In this document: one piece after another, positions 1 to 12,700 of the stretch
How the letters are laid out: each line of letters opens with the position of its first letter
How positions within the stretch are numbered: position 1 is the stretch's first letter
Assembly (NCBI GenBank): GCA_017499595.2
Contig: CM039007.1
Location: 806,001 to 870,000 of the forward strand
DNA from: Psilocybe cubensis
Taxonomy: Eukaryota
Length of the DNA stretch: 64,000 nt
Direction of reading: 5' to 3'
Translations under genes and position numbers: made by a program
The notes under the pieces: model-generated
Told to the model about the DNA's origin: nothing
Databases searched by the model: none
Seen by the model: the letters and a program-made list of their open reading frames with translations, nothing else

Positions 1-386
1 TATGATTCTCTCAGAAGCCATACCAATAACGCATCTGCTGGTATTCTGTCAAGGAGGACTATTCTATGGTCCCAAAGTGTTATTGACCATGATCTATTTT
101 TAGCTCATCACTGCACGCCTCGACACGCGCGCGTGACGCGTCGCGCTTGCGCACACGTGATCCAATATTTGTATCTTGATGGGCACGCACCACGCAAGAT
201 AGGGGCGATGGCAAGTTCAACCTCACAGTAACCTCTCAGGCGTCAGGCGCAATTGTAACAGATTGAAAGCATTAAATGATAAGAAAGTGCATAGACATAG
301 ATGTATTAATATTTAAGAAGGATTATAATGCCTCTGCGAGTATATTCAACCATAAAATCCGCCGGCCAGGATTCGTAGAGGCGTTT

Positions 387-804
387 CTACGACTCGGACG
401 TCATCCTCTTCAAGAGCTCGATGAACTCCTCGGTGCCACCAATAGACTTTATATAGTCGTTGTTCCTTTGCATTCTTACAACAACGCTTCGGTGGAACTA
501 TATAAGAGGAGGAAGAAATATCAGTAAGTAAATGGATGTGCGCGAAACCACAGTGCCTAGTACTGACCTCGCAATCTTCGCAGCCCTCCACAAAGGTGAT
601 GCCATGGGCAAAGCAGTCGGTCCAAGCGCCTGTTCTCTCCGCTGTAAACACAGGCTGCGTCCGAAGATTGCTGCTACCAGCCACCGGCGCTGAATGGTTG
701 GACCTCGGCGCTGGCTGTGCGGGCTTGGGAGCAAGGCCAGCTTGTCGACTGAGTACGGTCTCGCGCAGGCTCCTCGAAGACTTTGACTTGCGGGCTTTAG
801 GCAT
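387..804 (-). CDS. Small hypothetical protein (~115 aa, 2 exons) with a basic N-terminus and a CxxH...CxxC motif
   Basis: ATG at 804 (MPKARKSKSS...); exons 804-568 and 497-387 joined across a GTCAGT...TATAG intron give ...TDCFAHGITFVEGCEDCE|FHRSVVVRMQ...KRMTSES*. No family recognised. Confidence 0.4.
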
Positions 805-1531
805 GATAGGTTGCGCTGTGGGGGCCCGGGATCTGATTAGTATGTTTCTTGTGCCACCACTAGTGTAGGGCACCGACCTTGGTGGGGATAGAGACAGATA
901 AAGTAGGCGGTAGGGAGAGCGAGCGGGATATAACGCAATGCACAGCACTGGTTATCAACAAGGATGATGGGCGTCGAGGTATAGAGTTGGGGGAGAAAAT
1001 TTGGGACGGGGCCGCGGTTTATATACCTCAAGGGTTCGTGTATTCCTAACTTGGACGTCAACGAAGGAGACCACATGGGATCCTTCCTAAATCGGAATTG
1101 TTGGGCCAACAATGCCAGGAGGCACCGACACTGCCGCCTGACTCTCTGGAAGACAATGGACCTTCGGCAAACCGGTTCCAGAAAGGGAAGTCGGGAAAGT
1201 TATCCCCATTCCTTGTTCAGTGACGAGCGAAAGGGTACTTATTGCTGGAGGACACCTCGCACAAGGTCCCCCTTGAGTACAGCCAAACCCCTAGCTGCAC
1301 GTTCAATTGCGCCGTCCAGTTTAATTGACAGGAATACGTTCTCTTGGGGTCCTTTTCACCGCTCCCGTGGGAATAAAGGCGAACGTTGAACTTTGAAAAA
1401 AATCCAAATTTGCCAACGCCCGTGCCACTACGAGTCACTGTCCTGCCATGCCACACAAACCCTTGTATTACATGTGGTATAAGTTTACCGCACCCACAGG
1501 CACACAAACTTCCTCTTCTCACCTTACTACC

Positions 1532-2094
1532 ATGAACACACCATACACCCTCCGCTTCATCTCCAGCCGGAACAGCACCTACAACGGCGAACACGACCTC
1601 GTCCTCCCGGCACACAAGCTCGAGCAGCTGCACGACGCCGTCGACGAGCTCAACACCGCGCAGTTGGAGCATAAAGTGGAGATGTACTTTGCACTCCCGA
1701 TGGACGCGGACGCGGTGTGTGGCATGCTCGCTGAGCTCGCGAGCCTCCGCAAGATCGCGGCGTACGATAAATCGTTCGGGTTCATGCTCTCTGAGAAGAA
1801 TATCGCGTGTCTCGTTCTGGAGCGGTGGGATGATGTGCCGTGTGAGCGCTCAGCGGCGTATTATGATCTCTTCCGTCCGCAATTGTCAGTGTTTTTTGTT
1901 TTTTGCGTTGTTTTGGGAAGATATTCTGATGCTAACTGTGACAATCTTTCAGCCGCACGTTTTTACAGAAGCTGGATGTCATCTACGAATCCGTTTTAGG
2001 AGACACGCAAGACATTAAACAGACGGTCAATATCAACGACTCCATGGATGACCTGTCCCAATCCTTTAAAGGCCTTTCACATCATGAGATCTAG
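1532..2094 (+). CDS. Hypothetical protein (~164 aa, 2 exons)
   Basis: Exon 1532-1884 (MNTPYTLRF...DLFRPQ), intron 1885-1952 (GTCAGT...GCTAAC branch...TTTCAG), exon 1953-2094 (FRTFLQKLD...SHHEI*) stays in frame. No family recognised. Confidence 0.5.
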
Positions 2095-2299
2095 TCCACA
2101 TTCGCCAATGCAATACAGACCATCCGCAGATTACCAATCTCTCGAATGTGCAGAGATGCTCATCAACACCTGTTCGAAGGCCTTTCTCATCGTGAGATCT
2201 AGTCCACATTGGCCACATGCAATAGCAAAAGGTCATCTGCAGATTACCAACCTCTGGCCTCTGGAATTTGCAGAGAGGCACACTGTGAACACTTGTATT
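2069..2299. repeat. Imperfect tandem duplication, period ~108 bp
   Basis: AAGGCCTTTCACATCATGAGATCTAGTCCACATT...CAGATTACCAA... at 2069 recurs as AAGGCCTTTCTCATCGTGAGATCTAGTCCACATT...CAGATTACCAA... at 2177. Confidence 0.85.
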
Positions 2300-3781
2300 A
2301 CTAAATTACCCCTCATCCCTTCCATTTCCATTCACTTAGCGAAAGTGTATATATCAATGTATAAATAAAATAAACACATCGCAATGTTAACTCAGCAGTC
2401 ACTTTTCAATTTCAATTTCAATTTCAGTTCGTAACGCAATCGTATGTACACTTTGCGTTGGCGTTGGCGCGCAGGATAGATAATCGATAATCGAATCTCG
2501 ATAAGCGCTAAGCGCCCTGTTTATCAATCTGAGTGCCTTATCAGGGGGCTAGCAAAAAGTTCTCAGAAATGATCCTCGTTCTGCGTCACCTTCTGTGGGC
2601 TAACCTCACAAATCCACACACCGGCAAGCTCAAAGTCAAAGCCAAACAATCAAACTTTGAATCTAGAAATATAATAGATAACATATATCACGGAAAGTAC
2701 ATAACCAGACCAATACCATTACGAAGGCATGTGTGCGTAAACCCTGTAACTGTAAGGTATAAACGTTTAAACCCGTAGCCTGCAGGTGTATAGTATAGTA
2801 TAGTATAGTAATATATAACTCATTGATTCACAGCCCTACAATATAATAGAGAGAGAGAGAGAAACCAAAAAGAGAAAGAGGAGGTATACCATATGCAAGC
2901 AAACACAATATGTACATCTGAAAAGAAGAGAAAAGAAAAAAAAATGGAAAAAAATAGACAAAAAAGATGATGAGGATGATGATGATGATGATGATTGTTA
3001 ATAATGCTTGACGATGCGAAAAAAAAAGGAATCGTAATGCGATAGACGATAATGTATGTACGTGTACGTGTATGTGTATGTGTATGTGGGATAGAAGTAA
3101 GGGTATGGGGTATAGGGTATGGGGTGGTTAGGACAGTCATAAATGCATAGGGGGTCATAAGCCATAGTGTGAGACCTGAGGGTCGAGGGCCGAGGGCCGA
3201 GAAGCCATGGTAAACAAGGTGCAACGATGCAACACGCGAATCAACGACAAAGGACAGAGGAGATCGAAACAAAGACAGCAAACAGCGAACAGCGATAGAC
3301 AGTGCGGTGTAGATGTAGAGAAGAATAGGGATGTAGGGATGTAGGGATAGATGACGTTGAAGAGAGATAGAATATAAAGTGAAAAAAACCACAATAAAAG
3401 AAAAAAGCAAGAGCAATACGACACAAAAGATGATATAAAACCCAGAGTAAGAGTGAGATGCACACAAAAAAGGGGAAAAAAAAAACAGCATAACAAAGAG
3501 GACGAGCCGAAACGAGAGGAGACGAGAGGAGACGAGAGGGAGAGAGAAATCCTAACACAACACAACAACCCGAACGACACCCGACATCCAAATCAACTCA
3601 CAAAGGCGTATACACCGCTGCTGCTGCTGCTGCACATACATCTACACACAAAAAAAAAAAAAACAAGATCAACACGCTAAAGAACACAAAAAACAACAAT
3701 TACTCACCCTCCCTTTGGCCTTTGGATGATTCAGATTCAGATTCACATTCACAATTCGGACCTCAAGCTCAAGCCTCAAGC

Positions 3782-6700
3782 TCAAGTTCGGTTCGAATTC
3801 GCAGCTTGCAATGGTGGTGGTGCAGGTGGCGGCGGCGACGGCGCACTCGCACTCGTCCGTCCACTCCTACTCCCACTCCCACCTCTCACACTCCCCTGTG
3901 CACTCCCTCTCCCACTCGCACTTCTCCCACTCACACTGCCCCCCTCCCTCCCGCTCCGCCCACTCACACTCCCCCCCTCCCGCACACTTCCCCCACTCGC
4001 ACTAGTCCTCCCACTGTGACTTAACCCACCCGTCCCACCAGCCCCCTCCCTCCGCTCCCTCTCCCTCTCCCTCCTTTCCCTCTCCCTCCGTTCCCTCAAA
4101 AGCCTCGCCTGCTTCTCCGCAACACGCCGGCCCTCAGCCGCCGGATCTTCATGCTGCCACCCGTCCGTAGGCGGGATGCTGATTTCTTGGAGGTGTGGTT
4201 GGATTTGGATTGGCTGGGGGTGGGGGTGGTGGTGGGTATGCGGGTTGGGTGGAGGAGAGGGTGGTGCTGGTGCTGGGTGCGGTGCGATGGCAATGGGCCG
4301 TGGGCGTTGGGTGGGTGGAGGGTGTACGTGTTGCGCGTGCGCGTGTGGATGTGGGTGTGGGTGTGGGTGTGGATGTGGGTGTGGGTGTGGATGTGGGTGT
4401 GAGTTTGGGTGTGGGTGTGGGTGTGGGTGTGCATGCGGGTGTGGGTGTGGGTGCGAATTTGCGTGCGGATGCGGGTGAGAATGCGTATGTGGGTGTGGGT
4501 GTGGTGGATGTGGGTTTGGAGAGATCCTCTTATGCTGAGGCTGAAGCGAGGAATAGTGATGCTGCTGATGCTGTTGATTCTGATGCTCGCGCTCGTGCTG
4601 ATGCTGGTGCGCAGGCACAGGCACAGGCGGGGGCGGGGCATACCTCGAAACCGTCGGACCATGTCCATGTCCATGAGCTGAACCATGACTATGCCGAGAC
4701 CCAGAACTATGACTATGCCGAGAACCAGAACTAGATCCAGAACCAGGACGCGACATCCCACCAGCATACAGCTCCTGTTCCTGTTCCCGCTGCTCCTGCT
4801 CCTGCTCGCGGCGCACGCGCCGCCTCTCGCGCTCGCGCTCATACGCATGTGCATACTCCCTCTCCCTCTCCCTCACCCGCTCGCTCTCCGCATGTGCATG
4901 CGCTGATGCTGATGCTGACGTTGCGTGTGCGTGTGGAGAAGGCGCTGTTGATCCTGGAGCTGAAGCCGGTACACGCGAAGCCGCAGAGGACGAAGGACGA
5001 GATTCCTCCCGCTGCTGCTGCTGCCGATCCGTCTCCATCTCCACATCCCCATCAACCTCCATCCCCTCCATCCCCTCCTCCTCCTCCTCCTCTTCCTCCT
5101 CGCCTTCGCCTTCAGAAGACATATCCCCATCCCACTGATCACCGCCGTCTATACCCTCCGCCTCCGAATGCGAGCCGTCACCATCCCCTTCCCCATGGTC
5201 ATCACCATCACCATCGCCATCGCCATCGCCATCGCTCCCGGCACCAGACCCAGAGCGTTGGCCAGAACCAGAACCAGAACCAGAGCCGGACCCAGAGCCG
5301 GACCCAGAGCCGGATTGTCTATGCGCGCTCCGTTTTGCCTTTTTGCGACAGTACTTGTCCCAGTGCCGCTGTAGCGCGTCTTGTCTGTACCATATCCCAA
5401 AATACAACAAGTTATCACAAAGATGATACAAAAAAAAGCAAAAAGCAAGTCATCATCAGCAAACACATTTCAAACCACCAAAAAAAAAAAATCCAAAAAA
5501 CCCAATGACAAAAACACAAAAAAAAAAAAACAAAAAAAAAACTCAAAACTCACCTAGTCAACACCCGTCCACAAAACCGACACCGCACACCGGCCCCTCC
5601 ACCCGTATGCCGACTCTCCTTATGGCGTCTCACATCCCCCGAGCGCGTGAAAATCTGTCCACACACGTCGCACGGGTATCTCTTCATCTTGCGCGATGGG
5701 CGCGCGGGGGCTGCGAACGTGTTCGTTTCTGAGCCGCCCGGACCGGGGACCGCCGCGGAGGCGGAGGCGGGGGCGGGGGCGGGGGCGGGTGGGTACTCGG
5801 TTGTCGGGGAGTATGGATGAGATTGGTGTGCTCCTGGTGGTGCTCCTGGTGCTGGTGCTGGAGGGTACGGCGAGTAGTTGTATGAAGGAGGTGGACGCCC
5901 GGAGCTATGGTGCGTAGCCGGCGGATGATGCTGCCGATGCGGATGGTGTCGGTGTTGGTGTTGCGGAGGAGGAGGTTGAGGCGGTGGAATATCTTCTCTC
6001 GCGGGATAAAAATCCGCTGAAGGCGGTGGTGGGCCATGCGGATGTGCATGTAGATGGGGCGGATAATGCGCAACACCATGCACACCACCAGACACCGCGC
6101 GCCCAGCGGCGCTGCTCCTCATCTTCGCAGCACCACTTAGACTACTCGCATCTGCATTAGCGTCCACCGGACGAGGTGTAGATATCATCCGGTGCGATCC
6201 GTCGCTGGGAGATTGGGTCTGGGTCTGTGCTTGATCAGCTACGCGCTCGCGGGGCCGGATGATGACTACAGGAGGCAACGGCGGCGGATACCGATTCTGA
6301 GGGTTGATCGAATGCGACGCCCGCCTTTCTTGTTCTACATGCTGCTGATACGCGGCGTACCGCCGCCCTTCAAAATTATCATACTGATGATGATGTTGAT
6401 GATGATGGTGGTGGTGACGCTGCTCCTGTGGCGAATGCGGTCGCGAGTGCGTATCAGAGCCCGCGCGCGACCCCGACCCCGCCCCTGACCCCGTGCGCGA
6501 CCCCGCGGCTCTCCTCGCACGCAAATCAACATCCATATTCTCCTCGTCGCTACCCCTGCGCGACCGACTGCGCTCCTTCTCCTTTTCCCTATCCTTCTCC
6601 GCTGATCCACTCGCGCTATGCAGCGGCGACGGGTTGGCGACGCGTACGACTTCCATCATCTCGATGTCGCTGTCGCTGTCGATGACCACGATCTCCCGCT

Positions 6701-9700
6701 CCCGCTCCTTCTGCTTTTCCTTTTCCTTTTCCTTCTCTTTCTCGGCCTCCTTCTTCGCCGCTTCCTCTCTCGCTACGTCCGCCTCGTCCAATGCGGACCC
6801 CAACCCCGGACCAGGACTCACAACCGCGCTAACATCCACGTCCATCGCACCTCCACTCGTCCTGCGCTCATCAACAATAACAACCTCATCATCATCATCA
6901 TCATCATCCCCGTCCATCCTCTCTCGCCGCTCACGCTCCTTTTCCTTTCCTTTCTCTTTCTCCTTCTCTTTTCCCCTCTCCCTCTCCTTTTTAGCGTCCA
7001 TCCACCGCCTCCGCTCACGCTCCATCTCCACCTCCCTCTCCGCCCTTTCCCTCTCGCGCAGTTCTCGTCTCTCGCGCTCTCCAGGCGGCGGATCGATAAT
7101 CACGACATCGCTATCCTCCGCAGCCTCCGCTTCTCTCTTCCTCCGTTCCTCAGCTTCCCTCTCCTTCTTTTTCTCTCTGTCTCTTTCCCTCTCTTTCCCT
7201 TTCTCCCGCTCACGACTACCCCGACCCACACTCTCATCACTCCCCTCCCTCGCCCTCTCTCCCACACCCGAACTACCCTTCCTGCCCCCCAACGCCTGCC
7301 CCTGCGCCCGCACCCTCTCCCTCTCCTCCTCCTCATAAACGCGCTGCTTCGTGCCCCTCGCCCCTCTCCTACCCTGAGCGCTATTCGCGCTGCTGCTGCT
7401 GCTGCGACTCAGCCCGCGCGCTACCTCCTCGTTATTACTCTGATTCTCCCGGTCGCCGTCGCGTTCGCGTTCCTGCTGCTGCTGCTGCCGCCGCGCGGTT
7501 GAAGTCGCGTGCGCGGACGCGCTATCCACCGCCATCGACACGTCCTGCTCCTGCTCCAGCTCGCGCTCGCGCTCGCGCGCGGCGTTCGCGTTCGCGTTAG
7601 CGTTCGCGGTGTTGGTGTTAGTGTTGGTGCTCTTCTTGCCCTCACCACCAGTCCCAGCCATCTCCGTCTCCGTCTCCTTCTCTTTTTCATTCTCCTTGCC
7701 TTTCCCCTTCTTCTCCTTTTCCTGTCCCGCATCCTCCATCTCCATCTCCATCTCCATCTCCGCATCTACATCTACAACAATCATTTCCTTTTCCTTTTCC
7801 TTTCCTTTATCCTGCTCTTTTCCTATATCCTTATCCGTCTCCATTCCTTTATCTTTATTATTCTCCTTCTCCTTTTCCTTCTCTTTCCCCTTTTCCTTTT
7901 CTTTCTCATTTTCTTTCCCCTTCTCTCTCTCCTTCCCTTTGCCCCCTTCCTTCTCTCTCTCCTTCTCCTTCTCTTTCTCCTGCCCCTGCCCACCCGCACC
8001 CCCACCCTGCCTCCAAACCCTCCTATACCCCCTCTCCCTCCCCGCCAACCGATCCTGCTCCTCCCGCGCCGCGCGATACGCCTCCCGCTCCGCCGGCGTG
8101 CGCTGCTCGTACACGATCAGCCCCTGGCTTTGGCCTAGTTCGTCTGGGGTGTTGTATTGCGCGCTGAGGTGCGAGAGCGTGTGTGAGGTTGAGTTTGGTT
8201 TGTGGTGGGAATGGGAATGAGAGTGCGAATGCGAGTGAGAGTGAGAAGAGTGCGAGTGAGAGTGTGAATGGTGTGAATGGGAATGAGAGTGCAAGTGTGA
8301 GTGCGAGTGAGAATGAGAATCAGAGTGATGCGTGTGTGGATGGAGATGGTACGGATCCGCAACGGGATCATGTCGCAGATGTCGCTGTGCGTGGTACTCT
8401 CCACCCACACCCGAACCCACACCCGAACTCGACCCCGACGCATGCCCCTGCCCACCCTCCTCCCCTCCACCAGCCAAAAGCTTCTTCCGAGCCCTTGGCG
8501 GCTTCGAAGGTTTAAGCACAAACTGTGCACCGCCTACATAATGCGGCGACGTCGGGTCCACTCCTCCTCCTCCTCCTCCTGTCCCAGCTGTATCCGTTCC
8601 ACCCGCGCCAGCGCCACCTTCCACATCCGCTCGAGCACCAGCACCAGCACCAGACCCAGAACCAGCAAGCACAGCCCCACTCGAAGGCGGTATACCAAGC
8701 AACAAATGCTCCTGCGGTGCAAGCGCCGTCGCGGCTGGCGGCGTCGTCGCGAGATGGATCACGCTCGAGTGCGAGCGCACATGTGCGTGGGTTTGTGTGT
8801 GTACTTGTCCATGAGCGTGCGCGTGTGTGTGAGGATGAGGATGAGGATGTGAGGCCGACGCGGATGCAGACGCGTTCCGCGAGGCATGTACAGTGTCCGG
8901 ATGGATCGGTTTTGGGATATGCTGCAGCGTTACAACACCACCACCACCACCACCTCCTCCTCCTCCTCCTGATGCCTTACCACTGCTCTGTCCATCCCCT
9001 TCTCCCGCCCCTCCTCCTCCCGCCCCTCCTCCTCCACTCCCACTCCCACCCCTCCCACCCCTCGGCTTCCGCGGCTGCGGCACCTGATGCTCTAACGGGC
9101 CCACCGCGCCATTCTGGAACAGCACGAGCTGCTGGCGCATCTGTGCGTCTCTGTCTCTGTCTTTGTCTCTGGGTGCGTCGCGTTCTCTGTCTCTGGGTGT
9201 GTCGCGGTCTCTGGGGCCTTCGCGTTCCCTTTCCCTATCCCTAGCTTCTCTATCCCTAGCCCCATCACGCTCTCGTTCTCTTTCTCTATCCCTATCCCTA
9301 TCCCGCTCGCGCTCGCGCGGATCGAAACCATCCCGTTCATGCGAATGCGAATGTGGACCTTCATGCGATGGATACGGATACGGATACGAATACGGGTACC
9401 CATGCGCGTGCGCCGGAGGCTGCCCATGACCATGACCATGAGGGGGCGATGGTACCGCGTACGGGTACGAATGAGGATGAGGCGGAGGATGAGGCGGCGG
9501 CGGAGGGTACGGCTGGTGAGGCGACTGTGGTGAATACTGAGGATGCTGAGGATGAGGATGCGGTGGTGGAGCCGCATGCGGATGAGGAGGTGGAGGAGGA
9601 GGGGGATAATACTGCGGCGGCGGCGGAGGCGGTCTATGCCCTCCCTCCCTCTCCCTCTCCCTCTCATGCCCTTGCTGCTGTTGTTGTTGCTGTTGCGCAG

Positions 9701-12700
9701 GCGGTGGATACGGACTATAATACGGCTGATGGCCATACGCATGACGACTATACGGCGGCGGCGGCGGTCCCGGACCTCCTCCTCCTCCTCCTTCCGTTCC
9801 ACCACCACCTCCTCCCGGTCCTCCTGCTCCTGGCGGCGGTGGCGGAGGAGGAGGAGGAGGCGCGTACCCGTACGCATAAGGCGACGGATAAGGCTGCGGA
9901 CCAAAATGCGGGTTTGGATGCGCGGCTGCCGCAACCGCCACCGCTGCAGAATTCGTGGAAGAGGAAGAGGAGGGCGCGTCAGCTGTGACGGACGGCCGGC
10001 GCGTGGCTGTCATCGTCACAGTCTTGCTCGTCGTCGTGCTCGTCGCCGTGTTCGTCGCCGTGTTCGTGCTCGTGCTCGTCGTCGACGCGCCCTCCTTCTC
10101 CTTCTCTTTACCCTTCCCATTCCCATTCCCATTCCCACTTGCACTTACACCTCCCTTGTCCCTATCACCACCACCCACAGAATCAACATCCATCTCAACA
10201 CCCGTACCCATACCCATATCCCTCCTCCTCTCCTCCCTCCGCGCCTCGCGCCTCGCGTCTTTCTCCCTCTCCCTCCTCGCATCTCTCTCCCTCTCCCTCT
10301 CTCTCTCTCCAGAATCCATCCCTCGCTCCTGCCCCCGCTCCTGCACAGGCACACCAACATGCAACACCCGCTGCCCCGCCCTCGCCTGCGCCTGCTGCTG
10401 CGCCTGCTGTTGTTGCGCATAGCTGCTATACATGTACGGCACCTGCTGCGCTTCGCCTTGGAGCGGGACGACCATGTTCATACTTGCACCTGCGCCTGCG
10501 CCTGCTCTCTCGGTGCGTCTTTCGCTAGCTCTGCTTCCGCGGCCGTCACTCGCGCTACCCCCTGCCCCTCCTCCTCCTCCACCACCACCCTGGCCACCAC
10601 CACCCTGACCACCCGCACCCGAACCACCCACACCACCCGCACCCGACGCACCCTGCCGCACAGTATACTCATGCGTATGCGCATACCACTGCGCATGCGT
10701 ATGAGGCTTTCCCGCAGGGAGCGGCTCCGTCGCGAAAATGTTGATTTGCGGGAATGAGGCGGGCGGGTCGAGGGAGACTGTTATTGGTGGTGTGTATGTT
10801 CTTCGCTGGGCTGTGTTGGTGGTTGTGCTTGTGTTTGTGCTGGTGGTTGTGTTGGTTATGTTGGATGATGCGGGCGCTGTCGTTGGAGGTGCGGCGGTCG
10901 ACGTTGATGTTGTTGTGGATGTCGACGCCGGTACAGTTGCATTCGAATTCGACGCAGACACAGACACCGACATCGCAGAACGAGGAGGATGAGGCGACGC
11001 CTCCGCCTCCGCCGACGCAGCAGGCGAATGCAACATCGGTGTATCATCAAGCGAAATCGTAATAGGCGGCGGGAGCGGATTGCGCCTCTCTCTTCTCTCC
11101 CTCCGTTCCTCCTTCTCCCTCTGCTTTTCCCTCTCTCTGTCCTTATCTCTCTCTCTCTCTCCTTCTTTTCCTTCTTTTCCATTTCCTTCTTTTCCATTTC
11201 CATCCCTCCCATCCCTCCTATCCTCTCCTCCCTCTCCTCCAGCCCCAGTCCCTCCTCCTCCCCCTCCAGCACCTCCTCCACCCCCAGCACCCCCACCCAA
11301 AACACCATACGAATACCGACTCGGCACAAAATGCACCGGGCCCGCCATCACAGGCGCGGGCGGGTGCGGCTGCGAGAGCGTCTGGGGGTACGCGGGGAGC
11401 GCGGCGAGTGCTGCTGAGATGCGGCGCGCTGGTTGCGGTTGCGGCGGAGGCGGCGCGTGTGTCGGTGCGTTTGTCGGTGGTGGCGGATGTTGTGCGTGTC
11501 CTGGAGGTGGTGCGTGTCCTGGAGGAGGTGGTGGTTGATGTGCATATCCTGGCGGCGGCGGTGCATACGAATGCGGATGGGGGTGCGGGTACACCTCGTG
11601 TGGATGATACGGGTACTGCGGATGCGGATGTGGGTAATGCGCGGGTGCGTGTGCATTGTACGGCGCCTGTGCGTGACTTGGCGGGATGGATGGGCGGATT
11701 TGGTGTTGTTGCTGCTGTGACGTGGGCGGCGGCGGCGGCGGTGGGTGATGAGGGTGCGCGTGCGCTGGATGACCAGGCGGTGGTGGTGCATGCGCACCAG
11801 GAGGATGCGAACCAGGAGGAGGTGGTGGTGGTGGTAGAGGATGCCCCGACCCATCCACGTAATATGGGTACGGGTACGGGTACGGATACGGATACGGATA
11901 ATGTTGATGTTGAGATTGAGGTTGTGGATAAGCAGCAGCAGGGTACCCACCTCCCACACCAGCACCCGCACCCGCTGCTCTCGCTGAAGCCGAGTCGCTC
12001 CCCGCTCGTCTCCTCGATCCTCCAGCTGCACCTGCATTCGCGCGGTCTTCGGTATCGCCCTCGCGTCCTTTCTCGCGTCCTTTCCCCGGCCCCTTCTCCG
12101 CGCCCTCGCCTTCACCCGCGCGCGCTCTCGTCCGCGACGATGGCCGATCATCCCTTTCCCTTTCCTGACCCCGCTCCCTCTCCTGACCCCGCTCCTGACC
12201 CCGCTCTCGCTCCTGACCCCGCTCCTGACCCCTTTCCTGACCCCGTTCTCGATCGCGATCCCGCTGATCAGCGATGAACCGCGGCGACGACGCGCGTCTT
12301 GGTCGTCTCTGCTGCTGCTGCTGCTGCTGCTGTGGTTGTCCTCCCTGCGCGGCTGCTTGGGCTTGGGCTTGGGCTTGGGCTGCTGCTTGGGCGGACGATT
12401 GCGCCGAGGACTGTGCTGGCGGTGCTTGAGGTGCTTGAGGTGTAGATGGTTGATGTGCTTGAGGAGGAGGTGCCTGCGCTGATGAATGTGGTGCTGAAGG
12501 AGGCGGAGGCGGATACGCAGTGTAATACCGCGCCGGATGCCCATGCACATGCCCATGCGGGTGAGGGTGAGGCGGAGGTGGGCCAGGCGAGGATTGGCGC
12601 CGCTGTATAGAATGGGGACGATGTTGTGGTTGTGGTTGTGGTTGAGGTTGTGAATGAGGTGGTGGTGGTTGTGATTGTGGTTGTGAGTGAGGCGGTTGTG

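Noticed and set aside
121..160. CpG-rich palindromes (CACGCGCGCGTG, GACGCGTC) as MCB-type cell-cycle elements
   Set aside because: No downstream gene start can be tied to them within the window.
2630..2667. Hairpin TCAAAGT...ACTTTGA followed by CTAG as a Helitron 3' end
   Set aside because: AT-rich stem with a long loop, wrong spacing, CTAG not followed by T, and no Rep/helicase nearby.
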